Numbered from the stretch's first letter, positions 8,675-18,796 are shown. The stretch is 64,000 nucleotides of DNA from Candidatus Woesearchaeota archaeon (GCA_043819495.1 JBDRET010000024.1:7177-71176), one strand, 5' to 3'. Notes: generated by a model not told the origin, from the letters alone. Numbers and translations: made by a program.

Positions 8675-10309
8675 TCACTGCCGTACCATTCCCTTTACAT
8701 TATATACTTGAATAGGATTAGATTTTCCTTTCACTCTTATCGGTTCAAGCTCTTCACACTTGACGAGCTTCTTGACTTCTGCATGCGTGGTCGCGGTAAT
8801 GAGGATCTCATCTGCTTTTGCAGCTCCGCAAAGACGTGCGGCGACATTGACGCTGTTTCCTATGACTGTGTAATCCATGCGCTGCCTTGCGCCGACATTA
8901 CCTACGATCATCTCACCAGTATTGATGCCTATTCCGATATTTATGTCGATGCCATACTTCTTCTTGAACTTCTTGGATAATATCTTCTGTGCTGCCTGCA
9001 TCTCGACGGCAGTCTTCACTGCCTTGAGCGCATGCGCTTCGGTGCGGACTGGAGCGCCGAATATCGCCATTATCTCGTCACCTACAAACTTGTCTAGTGT
9101 CCCGTTGTTCTGGTGTATTATCTGCAACATCGTCTCGAAGTGCTCGTTGAGTATCTCTATTGTGTGTTCTGGTGCGAGCTGCTCTGACCATGCTGTGAAG
9201 TCACGCAGGTCTGAGAACAGTACGCTCATCTCACGTTTCTCTGTCCTGAGATAATTCTCTTCAGGGTTTGCAAGTATCTGCTTCATTACTTCAGGACTGA
9301 CGTAGCTCTGGAAGGCAGTCTTTATCTCGGTCTTTGCAAGATCCTCAAATACTGCTGAGTCTGCCTGCTTTGCGATAGCATTGAGAAGATTCTTGTCTAT
9401 CTTCGTGAACCCGTCAGATGAGCTTGAGTTTATCACTCCGAAGACACCCATAGTATCATCATTGAGCATGAATGGTGTACAGATAGCTGAGTCTATATCC
9501 TTGTTGACATTCTTGAACTCTGTAAGCTCTCCCTTGTTCAGTGTCGTACGTGCAGTATCATATAATGCATTTGAATTGTTATGGACAAATGTGGATGACT
9601 TGAGCTTGCCTGCGGTCTTGAGCTCCGTGGTGTTCATCTTCCTATTATTTATCATGAAGAATGCGAGCTTTGCATCTATGACATCAGTTATCTCCTGCAA
9701 TATCGCTTCCATCATCGTGTCAAAGTCTTTTATCGTGTCTCTGATCCGGTCTATGGCGTATATCGTCGAGAGCTCTTTGTCCTTCTCACTCAGTTCCCTG
9801 CGGCTCTTTGCGTGCTCGACAGCTACAGCAGTAAATTTACATATCATCCTGAAAAGTATGAGGTCCTTCTTCTTGAACAGTCTGCGGCTCTTGTTCATTA
9901 TCATGAAGACGCCGATCGGTTCTGATCCGTACATCAATGGCAATGCCATCACATTCTGTATCCTGCATCGTCTCATGCGCTTGTGCATACGGGTGTCATT
10001 CACTATTATCTGCTTCCCTGTCTTGACCAGGTTGTCACATATATCCCTGACCAATGCCTGATCCTCAAGCTGTTCGGAAGTGTTGGTCGCACCATACTCG
10101 AATGGGTTCATGTTGTCTTTGTTGTATAAGATTATGAATCCCAATTCTACTCCAATTGTCTTGACTGTCAGAAGAAGTATCTCCTTAAGGAGCTGGTAGA
10201 ATTCCTTTGTATTGGTCTCTATGGTCACCAATTCGCTCAATATGTATGAACGGGTATTCTGGGACCTGATCTTAGCTGCCAGTCTTTTGATCTTATCAGA
10301 GGATTTCAT
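8675..10309 (-). CDS. Class III adenylate/guanylate cyclase with two N-terminal GAF-like domains
   Basis: Cyclase homology domain motifs are present: 'VLFSDLRDFT', 'KFVGDEIMAIFGAP', 'INTGEMIVGNVG' and 'DYTVIGNSVNVAARL'. The N-terminal ~350 aa looks like tandem GAF sensor domains. Confidence 0.7.
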   Translation of the reverse strand: MKSSDKIKRLAAKIRSQNTRSYILSELVTIETNTKEFYQLLKEILLLTVKTIGVELGFIILYNKDNMNPFEYGATNTSEQLEDQALVRDICDNLVKTGKQIIVNDTRMHKRMRRCRIQNVMALPLMYGSEPIGVFMIMNKSRRLFKKKDLILFRMICKFTAVAVEHAKSRRELSEKDKELSTIYAIDRIRDTIKDFDTMMEAILQEITDVIDAKLAFFMINNRKMNTTELKTAGKLKSSTFVHNNSNALYDTARTTLNKGELTEFKNVNKDIDSAICTPFMLNDDTMGVFGVINSSSSDGFTKIDKNLLNAIAKQADSAVFEDLAKTEIKTAFQSYVSPEVMKQILANPEENYLRTEKREMSVLFSDLRDFTAWSEQLAPEHTIEILNEHFETMLQIIHQNNGTLDKFVGDEIMAIFGAPVRTEAHALKAVKTAVEMQAAQKILSKKFKKKYGIDINIGIGINTGEMIVGNVGARQRMDYTVIGNSVNVAARLCGAAKADEILITATTHAEVKKLVKCEELEPIRVKGKSNPIQVYNVKGMVRQ

Positions 10310-10699
10310 ATTATGGGTAATTTGTTATTCCACGCAAGTAGTAAACTTGTATAAGTTATATTTAAATGTTTTGTTTATTGGTTTTTTCCGGTGATCTGCC
10401 GGCCATTTTTTGCACGTGTTTAAACTGCTTTATTCTGTATTATTAGAGCTTCTATGGTTTTTTTATTGTGCTCTGTTTTACTATACTGCTTATTTTATTG
10501 TTGTTTTTAGTCTTTTATATTTATGTGCGAACAGAAAGATTTAAATATTGGTTTGTAGAGCTATTTAATATAGGCAGAAACAGTAACGGCTTTGGTTTAA
10601 TGACTTTCAGAGGATTCCGTTTGTTAAACGGTCTCCCTTTGCTATCGAATCGGGTTATTTCACCTTTAGCCGTACTGTGGTTTTATCTGCAAGCAAGAG

Positions 10700-11386
10700 G
10701 TGTTTGAAATGCCAGCCCCCACAAACAATGTTTTCAATAGTGTTGCAGCACAGTATCTGCAGAAAGACAGCGCATTCTATTCTAATGTGTCAAAAGCACA
10801 TGATATCTTATGTAAGGTCAGGAATCAGTCAGATGGACACGGCATAACATTTGTAGTGAGACGTAATGAGTATATGCCAAGTCTTGACCGTCGCCTCAGG
10901 AACGCAAAGCAGTATAACGAAGAATCACACCTGCTTGATGATCAGGATATAGTCGAAGTAGTTGCAGACCACCGTGAGGTCGACCTTGCGACCATAGTCA
11001 ATAATGAGGGTCAGATAACCGCTGCGAGCGTATACCTGCCTGCGGATGATCTCATGTATCAGGATAAGTATGGGATCCAATGCGACATCTCAACCTTCCT
11101 CGGTTATGCTCCGGATGAGGATGGTGCAGGTGGACGGGCGATAAGCTCTCTCTGTGCGTCAGATATGTTCAATGGTGACGTCGCCATATTGACACTTGGC
11201 GAGACATCGCCTACTGGGAAGAAAGGTGAGATAAACCTGTATTTCCAAGGTGATAGGCTGTATAACAGTAAAGGGAGAGCTGTACGTTGGGACCTTGCAG
11301 ATCCTTTGAGGTTACCTAAGACGCGGAGACAGTTGTACAGTATTCCTTACTTGAGTGAGAGCACCATTGCGCTCACTCCGTTTTAG
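10700..11386 (+). CDS. Hypothetical protein with a divergent DisA_N/DAC-like (diadenylate cyclase) domain
   Basis: Aligns by eye to the CdaA DAC core. 'IVNNEGQITAASVYLPADD' matches 'IIQGxxIAAAASYLPLSD', and 'GGRAISSLCASDMFNGDVAILTLGETSPTG' matches '[29 protein letters not shown]'. The catalytic DGA and RHR motifs are replaced by DLA and GGRA. Confidence 0.35.
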   Translation: MFEMPAPTNNVFNSVAAQYLQKDSAFYSNVSKAHDILCKVRNQSDGHGITFVVRRNEYMPSLDRRLRNAKQYNEESHLLDDQDIVEVVADHREVDLATIVNNEGQITAASVYLPADDLMYQDKYGIQCDISTFLGYAPDEDGAGGRAISSLCASDMFNGDVAILTLGETSPTGKKGEINLYFQGDRLYNSKGRAVRWDLADPLRLPKTRRQLYSIPYLSESTIALTPF

Positions 11387-11462
11387 GCATCGTCACTTTA
11401 TGCTGAACTGCATCAGCTTTTTCTTCTATTTTTTTTCAGCTCGCTAGGCAGTGGTGCTCTCA
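11356..11462 (+). repeat. Hairpin element family 1, copy A (107 nt)
   Basis: Terminal inverted repeat tgagagcacca / tggtgctctca, with internal 'ttgcgctcac ... aactgca ... cagctcgctaggcag'. It overlaps the last codons of the 10700-11386 ORF. Confidence 0.6.
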
Positions 11463-11535
11463 TTTATACAGTAATTCGGGTAGGTGTGTGGATCAGAACA
11501 TAATCTTTATAAGAAAACACTTCATCTTTGGGGTT

Positions 11536-12774
11536 ATGAGCATGAAGAAAGAGCTTGAGGCAGTCGTTGAGCAGATACGGCCTTCCGATAAGAAACTCCT
11601 TAAAGAAGTCAATGATTTCATCAAGAAGCTCAATGCAGAACTCAAGGTAAAAGGCATACGCGCAAAGACAGTCATGGGTGGGTCTATAGCTAAAGATACC
11701 TACCTGAAAGGTGACCATGATTGCGACCTATTTGTCAGGTTCCATAAGAGCTATGCTGACAAAGACATATCAAAACTTCTTGGAGCAGTACTAAAACCAT
11801 TCAGACCTGTCAAAGTACACGGAAGCAGAGATTATTATCATATAAAGAACGGTATCAATTATGAGATTGTCCCGGTACTCGAGATAACTGATGCAAAAGA
11901 TGCAGTGAATGTCACTGACATGAGCCCTATGCATGTCACCTGGGTGAAAGACCATCCTGGGTTGACTGATGAGATACGTCTCGCAAAACAGTTCTGCAAA
12001 GCAAGCGGAGTATATGGTGCAGAATCTTACATCAAAGGATTTTCCGGTCATGTTCTTGATATATTGGTCATACAGTACGGCGGTTTTGTCAATTTCCTGA
12101 AGGCAACTCAGAAATGGAAAGACAAGGAAGTGATAGACCCTGAGAAGCATTACAAAAAAGATGCGCTCCAAAAGCTAAACAGGTCAAAGATAGACAGTCC
12201 AATAATAGTCATAGATCCAGTATGTCCTGAAAGGAATGCTGCTGCTGCATTATCCGGAGAGAAACTAGATATGCTCAAAGCTGCTGCTGCAAAGTTCCTC
12301 AAGGAACCATCAAAGGATCTATTCGTCGTGCGTGAGAAGAGCACTGTTGACATAAAGACCGGCGCAGGCAAGAACAAGACAATAATGCTTGAGGTCACTG
12401 CGTTCCGCGGAAAAGAGGATGTTGTCGGTGCGAAATTGCTCAAGGCATTCCAGCAGATCCACAACCAGCTCAGGTTCTATGATTTTGAGGTCATCGATGC
12501 AGGATGGAAATGGAACAAGAAGGAGAAAGCGCTCTTCTGGTATGTGCTTGACCCAAAAGACCTGATCCAGATAAAGAAATGGATCGGACCTCCTCTGCGC
12601 GAGACAGAACGGATAAAGAATTTTGAGAGCAAGCACGGAAATACATTCGTCGAGGATGGCAGGGTATGCACTTACGTTAAGCGTAAGTATGTGAATGCAG
12701 AAGCGCTGATAGATGATATAATCAAGGATGATGAGCATCTATATGAAAAGGTGAAGAGGGTGGTCCGTAAATGA
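11536..12774 (+). CDS. cca: Archaeal CCA-adding enzyme (class I tRNA nucleotidyltransferase)
   Basis: 'GGSIAKDTYLKGDHDCDLFVRF' is the class-I polymerase-beta-like motif. Length ~412 aa. The track's start at 11488 is trimmed to the MSMKK Met. Confidence 0.85.
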   Translation: MSMKKELEAVVEQIRPSDKKLLKEVNDFIKKLNAELKVKGIRAKTVMGGSIAKDTYLKGDHDCDLFVRFHKSYADKDISKLLGAVLKPFRPVKVHGSRDYYHIKNGINYEIVPVLEITDAKDAVNVTDMSPMHVTWVKDHPGLTDEIRLAKQFCKASGVYGAESYIKGFSGHVLDILVIQYGGFVNFLKATQKWKDKEVIDPEKHYKKDALQKLNRSKIDSPIIVIDPVCPERNAAAALSGEKLDMLKAAAAKFLKEPSKDLFVVREKSTVDIKTGAGKNKTIMLEVTAFRGKEDVVGAKLLKAFQQIHNQLRFYDFEVIDAGWKWNKKEKALFWYVLDPKDLIQIKKWIGPPLRETERIKNFESKHGNTFVEDGRVCTYVKRKYVNAEALIDDIIKDDEHLYEKVKRVVRK

Positions 12775-13511
12775 AAGCGATAATACTTGCAGCAGGGTAT
12801 GCGACAAGGCTATATCCTTTGACATTGAATACCCCAAAACCACTGATTGAAGTGGGCCGGAAGAAGATGGTCGAGCACATCCTGCATAAGCTTGAGGAGC
12901 TTGATGGGCTTGATGAAGTGCATATAGTCACAAACTCAAAATTCTATCAACATTTTGTCGACTGGAGAAGAAGTTTCCCAAGTACGGTCAACATAAAGAT
13001 ACATGATGACGGTACTAAGACCAATGAAGACCGGCTCGGAGCTGTCGGTGATATACATTTTGTCGTACAGAAAGAGAAGATGGCAGATGATGTGGTGATA
13101 GTCGGCGGGGATAACCTGTTTGACTTCAGTCTCTTGGGCATGCGATCATTGTTTGACTCCAGGAAAGGGCCGGTGGTCGCTGCGCGCGATCTTGGTGATC
13201 CTGCAAAGCTTGCGAAAAAGTTTGGCACCATGGAGATTGATTCTTCCAATAAAGTGATCAGTTTTGAGGAGAAACCAGAAAAACCAAGATCATCTCTTGC
13301 TGCAACCTGCGTGTACATGTACACAAAGGAAGACATAGAAGAGCTTGAGCGACATGTCGAGAAAGAGGGCCTGCCAGATAATACTGGTGATTTTGTCAAG
13401 CATCTGATGAGCGTGCGTGATGTGTTCGCATATCCTTTCGAGGAGCACTGGTATGACATCGGCAGCCATGAGCAGCTCGAAGAGGCAAACTTGATATTCA
13501 AGGACAGGTAA
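12771..13511 (+). CDS. Sugar-phosphate nucleotidyltransferase (glucose-1-P thymidylyl/uridylyltransferase family)
   Basis: N-terminal 'MKAIILAAGYATRLYPLTLNTPKPL' matches the NTP-transferase GxGTRL motif. The start overlaps the cca stop (ATGA), suggesting an operon. Confidence 0.7.
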   Translation: MKAIILAAGYATRLYPLTLNTPKPLIEVGRKKMVEHILHKLEELDGLDEVHIVTNSKFYQHFVDWRRSFPSTVNIKIHDDGTKTNEDRLGAVGDIHFVVQKEKMADDVVIVGGDNLFDFSLLGMRSLFDSRKGPVVAARDLGDPAKLAKKFGTMEIDSSNKVISFEEKPEKPRSSLAATCVYMYTKEDIEELERHVEKEGLPDNTGDFVKHLMSVRDVFAYPFEEHWYDIGSHEQLEEANLIFKDR

Positions 13512-13709
13512 TTCTCTGTATTTTGCTGAGGAGTGTATTGAAGATAGGTAATGATATCCTATCATGATGATTTCATATTCCTAACAATACTATTTCTGAG
13601 GAGCCTGATTTTCATGTTCTGGTAAAAAAGTTGCGCGGCGCATGGCTTTCCGATATATAAACTTTCTCAGAAAAGGTATATAAGCGAGCAGCGCGTCAGA
13701 ATCTGGACA

Positions 13710-14741
13710 ATGAAACTCGCAGAACAACTACGGCAAGAATTCCTCGACCATGGGAGAGGATTCGAGAACATAATAGGACAGGACCCTGTCAAACAGCAGG
13801 TAAAGTCAGCACTCATCGCAGGAAGGCATATACTGATAGTAGGTCCTCCAGGGATAGGGAAGACAACTCTTGCAAAGAGCATCGCAGGACTGCTGCCTGA
13901 GACTGAGGTCAAGAACTGCCCTTACAACTGCCTGCCTGAAAGGCCTGTGTGCCCTGAATGCAAGACGGGTAGGACAGATGGAACAAAGATAGTCGCAGGT
14001 CTTGATTTTTTTGTAAGGGTACAGGGAAGCCCCGACCTTACTGCTGAAGATCTTATAGGTGATATCGATCCTGCAAAAGCGATGGAACACGGACCGCTCA
14101 GTATTGAAGCATTCACTCCAGGAAAGATATTCAAGGCAAACAATGGCGTGCTGTTCTTTGATGAGCTCAACAGGGCTCCGGAGAAACTCCAGAATGCACT
14201 GCTTCAGGCATTGCAGGAGAGGACAGTTACGATCGGCAGCTATGACGTTGACCTTGAGGCAAATTTCATATTCATAGCGACCATGAATCCTGATGATTCA
14301 AGTACAGAACCCCTCTCTGATGTCCTTCTTGACCGTTTTGATGTTGCATACATGGTATATCCTGAGAGCATCGAGAATGAGGTACGCATAGTAGAAGAGA
14401 ACTCCCAGCATTTTCTTGAGTTCCCTGAAAATGTACGCAATCTCACAGTGCTTTTTGTCAGGCTCCTGCGTGAGAGCGACAAGCTTGAGAAGCTTCCTAG
14501 TGTCAGGGCGTCAATAGGATTGTATGAACGGGCGCAGACAAATGCCCTGGTGAAAGGCAAACAAAAAGTAGAATGGCAAGATGTACAGGATGTTCTAGTG
14601 TCCGTGCTCAGCCATAGGATAAAACTCAAGCCATCTTCACAATATCTGCAGACCCCGCAGGAACTCATAAAGGAACAGCTCTCAAAGTTTGTGGAACAGC
14701 ACGGGATCCAGAGAGAAGCCGAAGAGGGTGATGTTCCCTAG
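13710..14741 (+). CDS. MoxR/magnesium-chelatase-like AAA+ ATPase with a zinc-ribbon insertion
   Basis: Walker A 'GPPGIGKTT', Walker B 'VLFFDELNRA', sensor 'ATMNPDD', and an inserted 'CPYNCLPERPVCPECKTG' zinc ribbon. Confidence 0.7.
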   Translation: MKLAEQLRQEFLDHGRGFENIIGQDPVKQQVKSALIAGRHILIVGPPGIGKTTLAKSIAGLLPETEVKNCPYNCLPERPVCPECKTGRTDGTKIVAGLDFFVRVQGSPDLTAEDLIGDIDPAKAMEHGPLSIEAFTPGKIFKANNGVLFFDELNRAPEKLQNALLQALQERTVTIGSYDVDLEANFIFIATMNPDDSSTEPLSDVLLDRFDVAYMVYPESIENEVRIVEENSQHFLEFPENVRNLTVLFVRLLRESDKLEKLPSVRASIGLYERAQTNALVKGKQKVEWQDVQDVLVSVLSHRIKLKPSSQYLQTPQELIKEQLSKFVEQHGIQREAEEGDVP

Positions 14742-15942
14742 TAGTGCTGAGGCAAAAGATAAGGATACTGTAAAACTCGATATCTCAAGCCTTACACCTC
14801 TACAGGAGATGGATGGCAAGCTTAAGCTTGACAATGTAGATGACAAGCTCATGCACTCTGTTCTTGAGAATGACCAGGAAGTCATAGATGAAGGTATGGT
14901 GATAGAAGAAGCCATAAACAGGGGAATAGGATCATTTAGCCCTGACATGATGTTCGAGAAGCTCGTCAAGAATTATACAATGGCAAAGAGCATCTTTGGA
15001 GAGGCTCTGATCAGAGCAATCTCAGGATACGATCCTGAATATCTGGACAAAAATATAGGCATACCTGAATTCCAAAGAGAGCTCAAGAAAAGGATCGAGG
15101 AAAAACTGGACAGATTCAAGAAAGATGGGATAATAGACAAACAGGGCATAATCACTGACAAAGGGATAGAACTCGCATCACTCATAATGTGCATCCAAGA
15201 GCTTGACAATATCGTACCCAAAGGGATATCTGGCGAGAGAGTGCACAAGAGACATTCTATATATGGCGGAAAGAGTGATGTGCGCAACTATAGGAAAGGT
15301 GACCGGTATCGTGATATCGCTGTCAAGATGTCTGCCAAGACTGCGATACGCAGAGGACATCACGAGATAGGTATGGGGGATCTCAAGACATACGAACGGC
15401 AGAGTAAGGGCGAAGTGTATCTCATCTATGCACTTGATGCTAGCGGAAGCATGAAAGGAGATAAGATAGGGGTGTGCAAGAAAGCAGGTGTTGCACTTGC
15501 GTATCGTGCTATCCAGGAGAAAGATAGGGTCGGGCTCATAGTTTTTGGCACAGATGTGAAAGAAGCGATACCACCGACAACAGATTTTTCATTATTGCTC
15601 AATTCCATAACACGAGTAAAAGCATCAGCAGAGACTGACATGGCAGCCACCATCAGAAGGGCTGTCGAACTTTTCCCCAATACTGATGTGACCAAGCATC
15701 TTCTTGTACTCAGTGATGCGCTGCCGACAAAAGGTGATGATCCAGAGAAAGAGACACTTGAAGCTGCAGCAGTCGCAAGGGCTGCAGGAGTGACAATATC
15801 ATTGATAGGAATAGACTTGGATGCCAAGGGCAAGAAGCTTGCAGAGAAACTTGTGGAACTCGGGAACGGGAAGCTCTATGTGGTCAAGGACCTGAAAGAT
15901 ATAGACAAGATAGTGCTTGAGGATTATTATAGTGTGATGTGA
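14731..15942 (+). CDS. von Willebrand factor A (vWA) domain protein partnered with the preceding AAA+ ATPase
   Basis: MIDAS-like 'YALDASGSMKGDK', then 'LIVFGTD' and 'LVLSDALPTKGDD'. The start overlaps the ATPase stop. This is the classic MoxR-vWA (ChlI/ChlD-like) pair. Confidence 0.65.
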   Translation: MFPSSAEAKDKDTVKLDISSLTPLQEMDGKLKLDNVDDKLMHSVLENDQEVIDEGMVIEEAINRGIGSFSPDMMFEKLVKNYTMAKSIFGEALIRAISGYDPEYLDKNIGIPEFQRELKKRIEEKLDRFKKDGIIDKQGIITDKGIELASLIMCIQELDNIVPKGISGERVHKRHSIYGGKSDVRNYRKGDRYRDIAVKMSAKTAIRRGHHEIGMGDLKTYERQSKGEVYLIYALDASGSMKGDKIGVCKKAGVALAYRAIQEKDRVGLIVFGTDVKEAIPPTTDFSLLLNSITRVKASAETDMAATIRRAVELFPNTDVTKHLLVLSDALPTKGDDPEKETLEAAAVARAAGVTISLIGIDLDAKGKKLAEKLVELGNGKLYVVKDLKDIDKIVLEDYYSVM

Positions 15943-15955
15943 GTCAGGTGTGATA

Positions 15956-16489
15956 TCATTCTTTGGGTATTAACCTGACCAGGAAATGAAAGTTGTAGTC
16001 TGAGAATGACTCTTCTTCTATCGGTTTCAACTGGTTGAATATGACTGATATTCCGCTTATTGTACCACCTAGCTGTTCAATGAGGGATATTGCAGATCTG
16101 CCTGTTTCACCAGACTCAAACCAATCATCAATCAGCAGTATCCTATCTGTTTTTTTGATGGATGACTTGAATAGTTCTATTGATTTTCTCTTGCCAGAAT
16201 AATCTATAAATCCTTCACCTTGAACTACAAGTTCGCGATCACCTATCTTCCCTCCTTTGAGAATAGGAACGAAGGGGACTTTCAGACGGTCTGCGATTAC
16301 AGGTCCATACATCAATCCTTTCATATCCAGTCCTACAACCTTGTTTATGTCTGAGTTCTTGAAGGGACTTGCCATCTGATTCAGCACTTTTTGGTATACT
16401 TCTGAATGACTTGGTATCAGGTAATCACTTTCAGAATCCTTAATCCTTAGAAGTTCTTTCTCCAGTTCTCTATTGATCATATTGTTCAC
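15956..16489 (-). CDS. Type I phosphoribosyltransferase (adenine/hypoxanthine PRT-like)
   Basis: PRPP-binding motif 'ILLIDDWFESGETGRSAISL'. Confidence 0.6.
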   Translation of the reverse strand: MNNMINRELEKELLRIKDSESDYLIPSHSEVYQKVLNQMASPFKNSDINKVVGLDMKGLMYGPVIADRLKVPFVPILKGGKIGDRELVVQGEGFIDYSGKRKSIELFKSSIKKTDRILLIDDWFESGETGRSAISLIEQLGGTISGISVIFNQLKPIEEESFSDYNFHFLVRLIPKE

Positions 16490-17010
16490 TTAAGAAGCTC
16501 AGGAGGCTTATACTTGTCATGCATGTGCTTATGCCTGTACTCTGCTGTGTGGAGCGCAAAGCCGAGCACGAGAATTACTATGAACATCCCTACTGCAGTA
16601 CTTACGAATTGGTTGGCCGCGACTTTCGATACACTGGTCACAGCAGCACCTGTGATTGTAGGGTCACTGAATAATATATAGAATGATGCTGTGAACAACA
16701 GTACTGCGGCACCGATCATCGTGTATGCAGTGAAAGGAAACTTTTCCTGGCGGTCAGTGCTTGATGTGATAAGATCAGTCACGTACTTCTGCTTGTAATA
16801 TCTCTGTTTGACATCTGAAAGAAGATCATCATAAGGCCGGTTGTAGTTTCCGAGCTTATTGAGACGTCCTTGTATCTCATCCATCTGCTTTATCAGCTGG
16901 TTGTCAGATCTTATGCGTTCTACTTTAAGTTTGAGGATGCGAGCTTCTTCTTTCCTCTTCTCTGCAGCGCTGGTATTCTTGCCTGATGCTTTCCTCTTTT
17001 TGGTTGGCAT
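16486..17010 (-). CDS. Membrane protein with an N-terminal basic/coiled-coil segment and two C-terminal TM helices
   Basis: Hydrophobic stretches 'MIGAAVLLFTASFYILF' and 'MFIVILVLGFAL'. A 4-nt overlap with the downstream PRT gene suggests an operon. Confidence 0.4.
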   Translation of the reverse strand: MPTKKRKASGKNTSAAEKRKEEARILKLKVERIRSDNQLIKQMDEIQGRLNKLGNYNRPYDDLLSDVKQRYYKQKYVTDLITSSTDRQEKFPFTAYTMIGAAVLLFTASFYILFSDPTITGAAVTSVSKVAANQFVSTAVGMFIVILVLGFALHTAEYRHKHMHDKYKPPELLK

Positions 17011-17118
17011 AGGGTATCCTATGCCCGGAGTATTTATAAACTTTATTCATTTCTTTTTCGGATACCCACAGTACTTATGCCCATATCTTTAGTACAATCA
17101 TCTGCGGAGCGGATAAAT

Positions 17119-17715
17119 ATGAAACTACTTGCATTCGTTGACCTGCATGGTTCTTTGAGCATGATAAAGAAGATCGCATCCACTGTGAAAAAAGAGGATG
17201 TGGATTGCATCATCTGCGCAGGAGATGTGACCATATTCGGAGATTCTATGAAGCAACTTGTGCGAAAGCTCGATGGAATAGGTCCAACAGTATTCATGCT
17301 GCATGGAAACCATGAAGACCGTATCTCTCTGAAGCGTGCCTGTGAAAATACAAAGAATGTCAAGTTCATGCATAAGGCAGTCTTTGAGACTGATGAATAT
17401 GTTATCATGGCTTATGGGGGAGGGGGCTTTTCCACAAAGGATGCAGAGTTTGAGAAATGGACAAAAGAGGCTATGAAAACAATCGGCAAGGACAAGAAGA
17501 TAATCCTTGTCACGCATGCTCCTCCTTATGGAACAAAGTTAGATCTCATACTTGACCAGCCTGCAGGTAATAAGTCGATACGTGCGTTCATAGAGAAAGA
17601 GAAGCCGGTATTGGCCATAAGCGGGCATCTGCATGAGAATTCTTATGTCAAGGATAAGATAGGTAAGACAATCATAGTCAACCCTGGACCTGGTGGGATG
17701 GTTTTTGAGGTATGA
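17119..17715 (+). CDS. Calcineurin-like metallophosphoesterase
   Basis: 'LAFVDLHGS', 'CAGDVTIFG', 'LHGNHED', 'THAPPYG' and 'ISGHLHE' are the canonical MPE motifs. The start is trimmed to MKLLAF. Confidence 0.7.
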   Translation: MKLLAFVDLHGSLSMIKKIASTVKKEDVDCIICAGDVTIFGDSMKQLVRKLDGIGPTVFMLHGNHEDRISLKRACENTKNVKFMHKAVFETDEYVIMAYGGGGFSTKDAEFEKWTKEAMKTIGKDKKIILVTHAPPYGTKLDLILDQPAGNKSIRAFIEKEKPVLAISGHLHENSYVKDKIGKTIIVNPGPGGMVFEV

Positions 17716-17830
17716 TCAGGAACAGTTTATGATGATAGATTATACAATGGAATTTATCAGAATCACATAATCCTTCCATCGACACGATAATTCTACCTTC
17801 GTATTTTATGATAACCGCATCTCCGGTAGA

Positions 17831-17894
17831 ATTGTGGGGTCAAGAACCCTGTGGCTATTTTATCATTCTACTGAATGAGGGTTCTTGACAATCT
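17831..17894 (+). repeat. Hairpin element family 2, copy 1
   Basis: 'attgtggggtcaagaaccc' + 29-nt loop + 'gggttcttgac'. It overlaps the 3' end of taw1. Confidence 0.5.
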
Positions 17895-18796
17895 TCTTTC
17901 ATCAGGAGGACAACTCTTGATGCTTCCTGCTCATCTATCATCTTATAGCCGCAGTGCTTGCAGAGCTCTTCTGCAAACTCTCTGACCTCTGGATGTAGAG
18001 GCATGTTCTCCATGGTAAGGCGTAGCTGTGAGGCCCCTACAAACATGTAAGCCTTCACCTCAACAAAGTGCGGCTCTGCCATCTGTATCAGTTCTGCGTA
18101 CTTTTCAGGGCTGTGCATATTCATCCCTTTGATGGTTGTGAGCCTCAAGCAGGTCCTGGTCCTATCCTTCATCTTATTCAGAATTGCCAAGCTTGTAAGC
18201 AGGCGCTTCCAGCTGTCATTACGCTCTGGTCTGCATATCTTCTTGTGAAGCTCTTCATCAGGAGCATCTATCGAGAGGTATATCTGTGTTGGTGGTTCGA
18301 GCTTTTCCATCACTTCTGGCAGCATGCCATTTGTCACGACAAATGATGAGAAGTTACGCTTCTTGAGCTCTCTTATGAATTCGCTGAGATGCGGGTAGTA
18401 GAGGGTCTCTCCTGTAAGTGATATCGCGAACTGATTAGGATTTTGGGCCTCTTCCAGTTTCTTCCTGTTTGTCTTCTCAAGCCCTCCAAAGCCTGAGATG
18501 AGCTTACGTTGGGCAGCTATGGCCTTATCAATCAGCGCCTTAGGATCGTCAATATTTGTGAATGGCTCATTGTAATGCTCGCGCCAGCAGTATACACAAT
18601 CCATGTCACAGTAATTGGTAGTCACAGACATCTGGCAGCAACGGTGGCAGCTGATGCCGTAGAACTTCTCCTTGTAGCATACTCCCTCATCTCTCAGGGA
18701 CTTCTTTGTCCAGGTACATATCTTGATAGCAGAATGGTCTCCTATGAACTTATACTGCTGTTTTTCTAGGAGTTTCTTGTGGGCTTCCTTGACCAT
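17855..18796 (-). CDS. taw1: tRNA 4-demethylwyosine synthase (Taw1/TYW1, radical SAM)
   Basis: 'GDHSAIKICTWTKKSL' together with the radical-SAM cluster 'CDMDCVYCWRE' is characteristic of TYW1. The start is trimmed to MVKEAH to avoid a 5' overlap with the divergent gene. Confidence 0.65.
   Translation of the reverse strand: MVKEAHKKLLEKQQYKFIGDHSAIKICTWTKKSLRDEGVCYKEKFYGISCHRCCQMSVTTNYCDMDCVYCWREHYNEPFTNIDDPKALIDKAIAAQRKLISGFGGLEKTNRKKLEEAQNPNQFAISLTGETLYYPHLSEFIRELKKRNFSSFVVTNGMLPEVMEKLEPPTQIYLSIDAPDEELHKKICRPERNDSWKRLLTSLAILNKMKDRTRTCLRLTTIKGMNMHSPEKYAELIQMAEPHFVEVKAYMFVGASQLRLTMENMPLHPEVREFAEELCKHCGYKMIDEQEASRVVLLMKEDCQEPSFSRMIK

Noticed and set aside
10468-10707. 79-aa hydrophobic ORF in the cyclase/DAC intergenic region
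   Set aside because: Poly-Leu/Phe translation of AT-rich promoter DNA with no start context. Most likely non-coding regulatory sequence.
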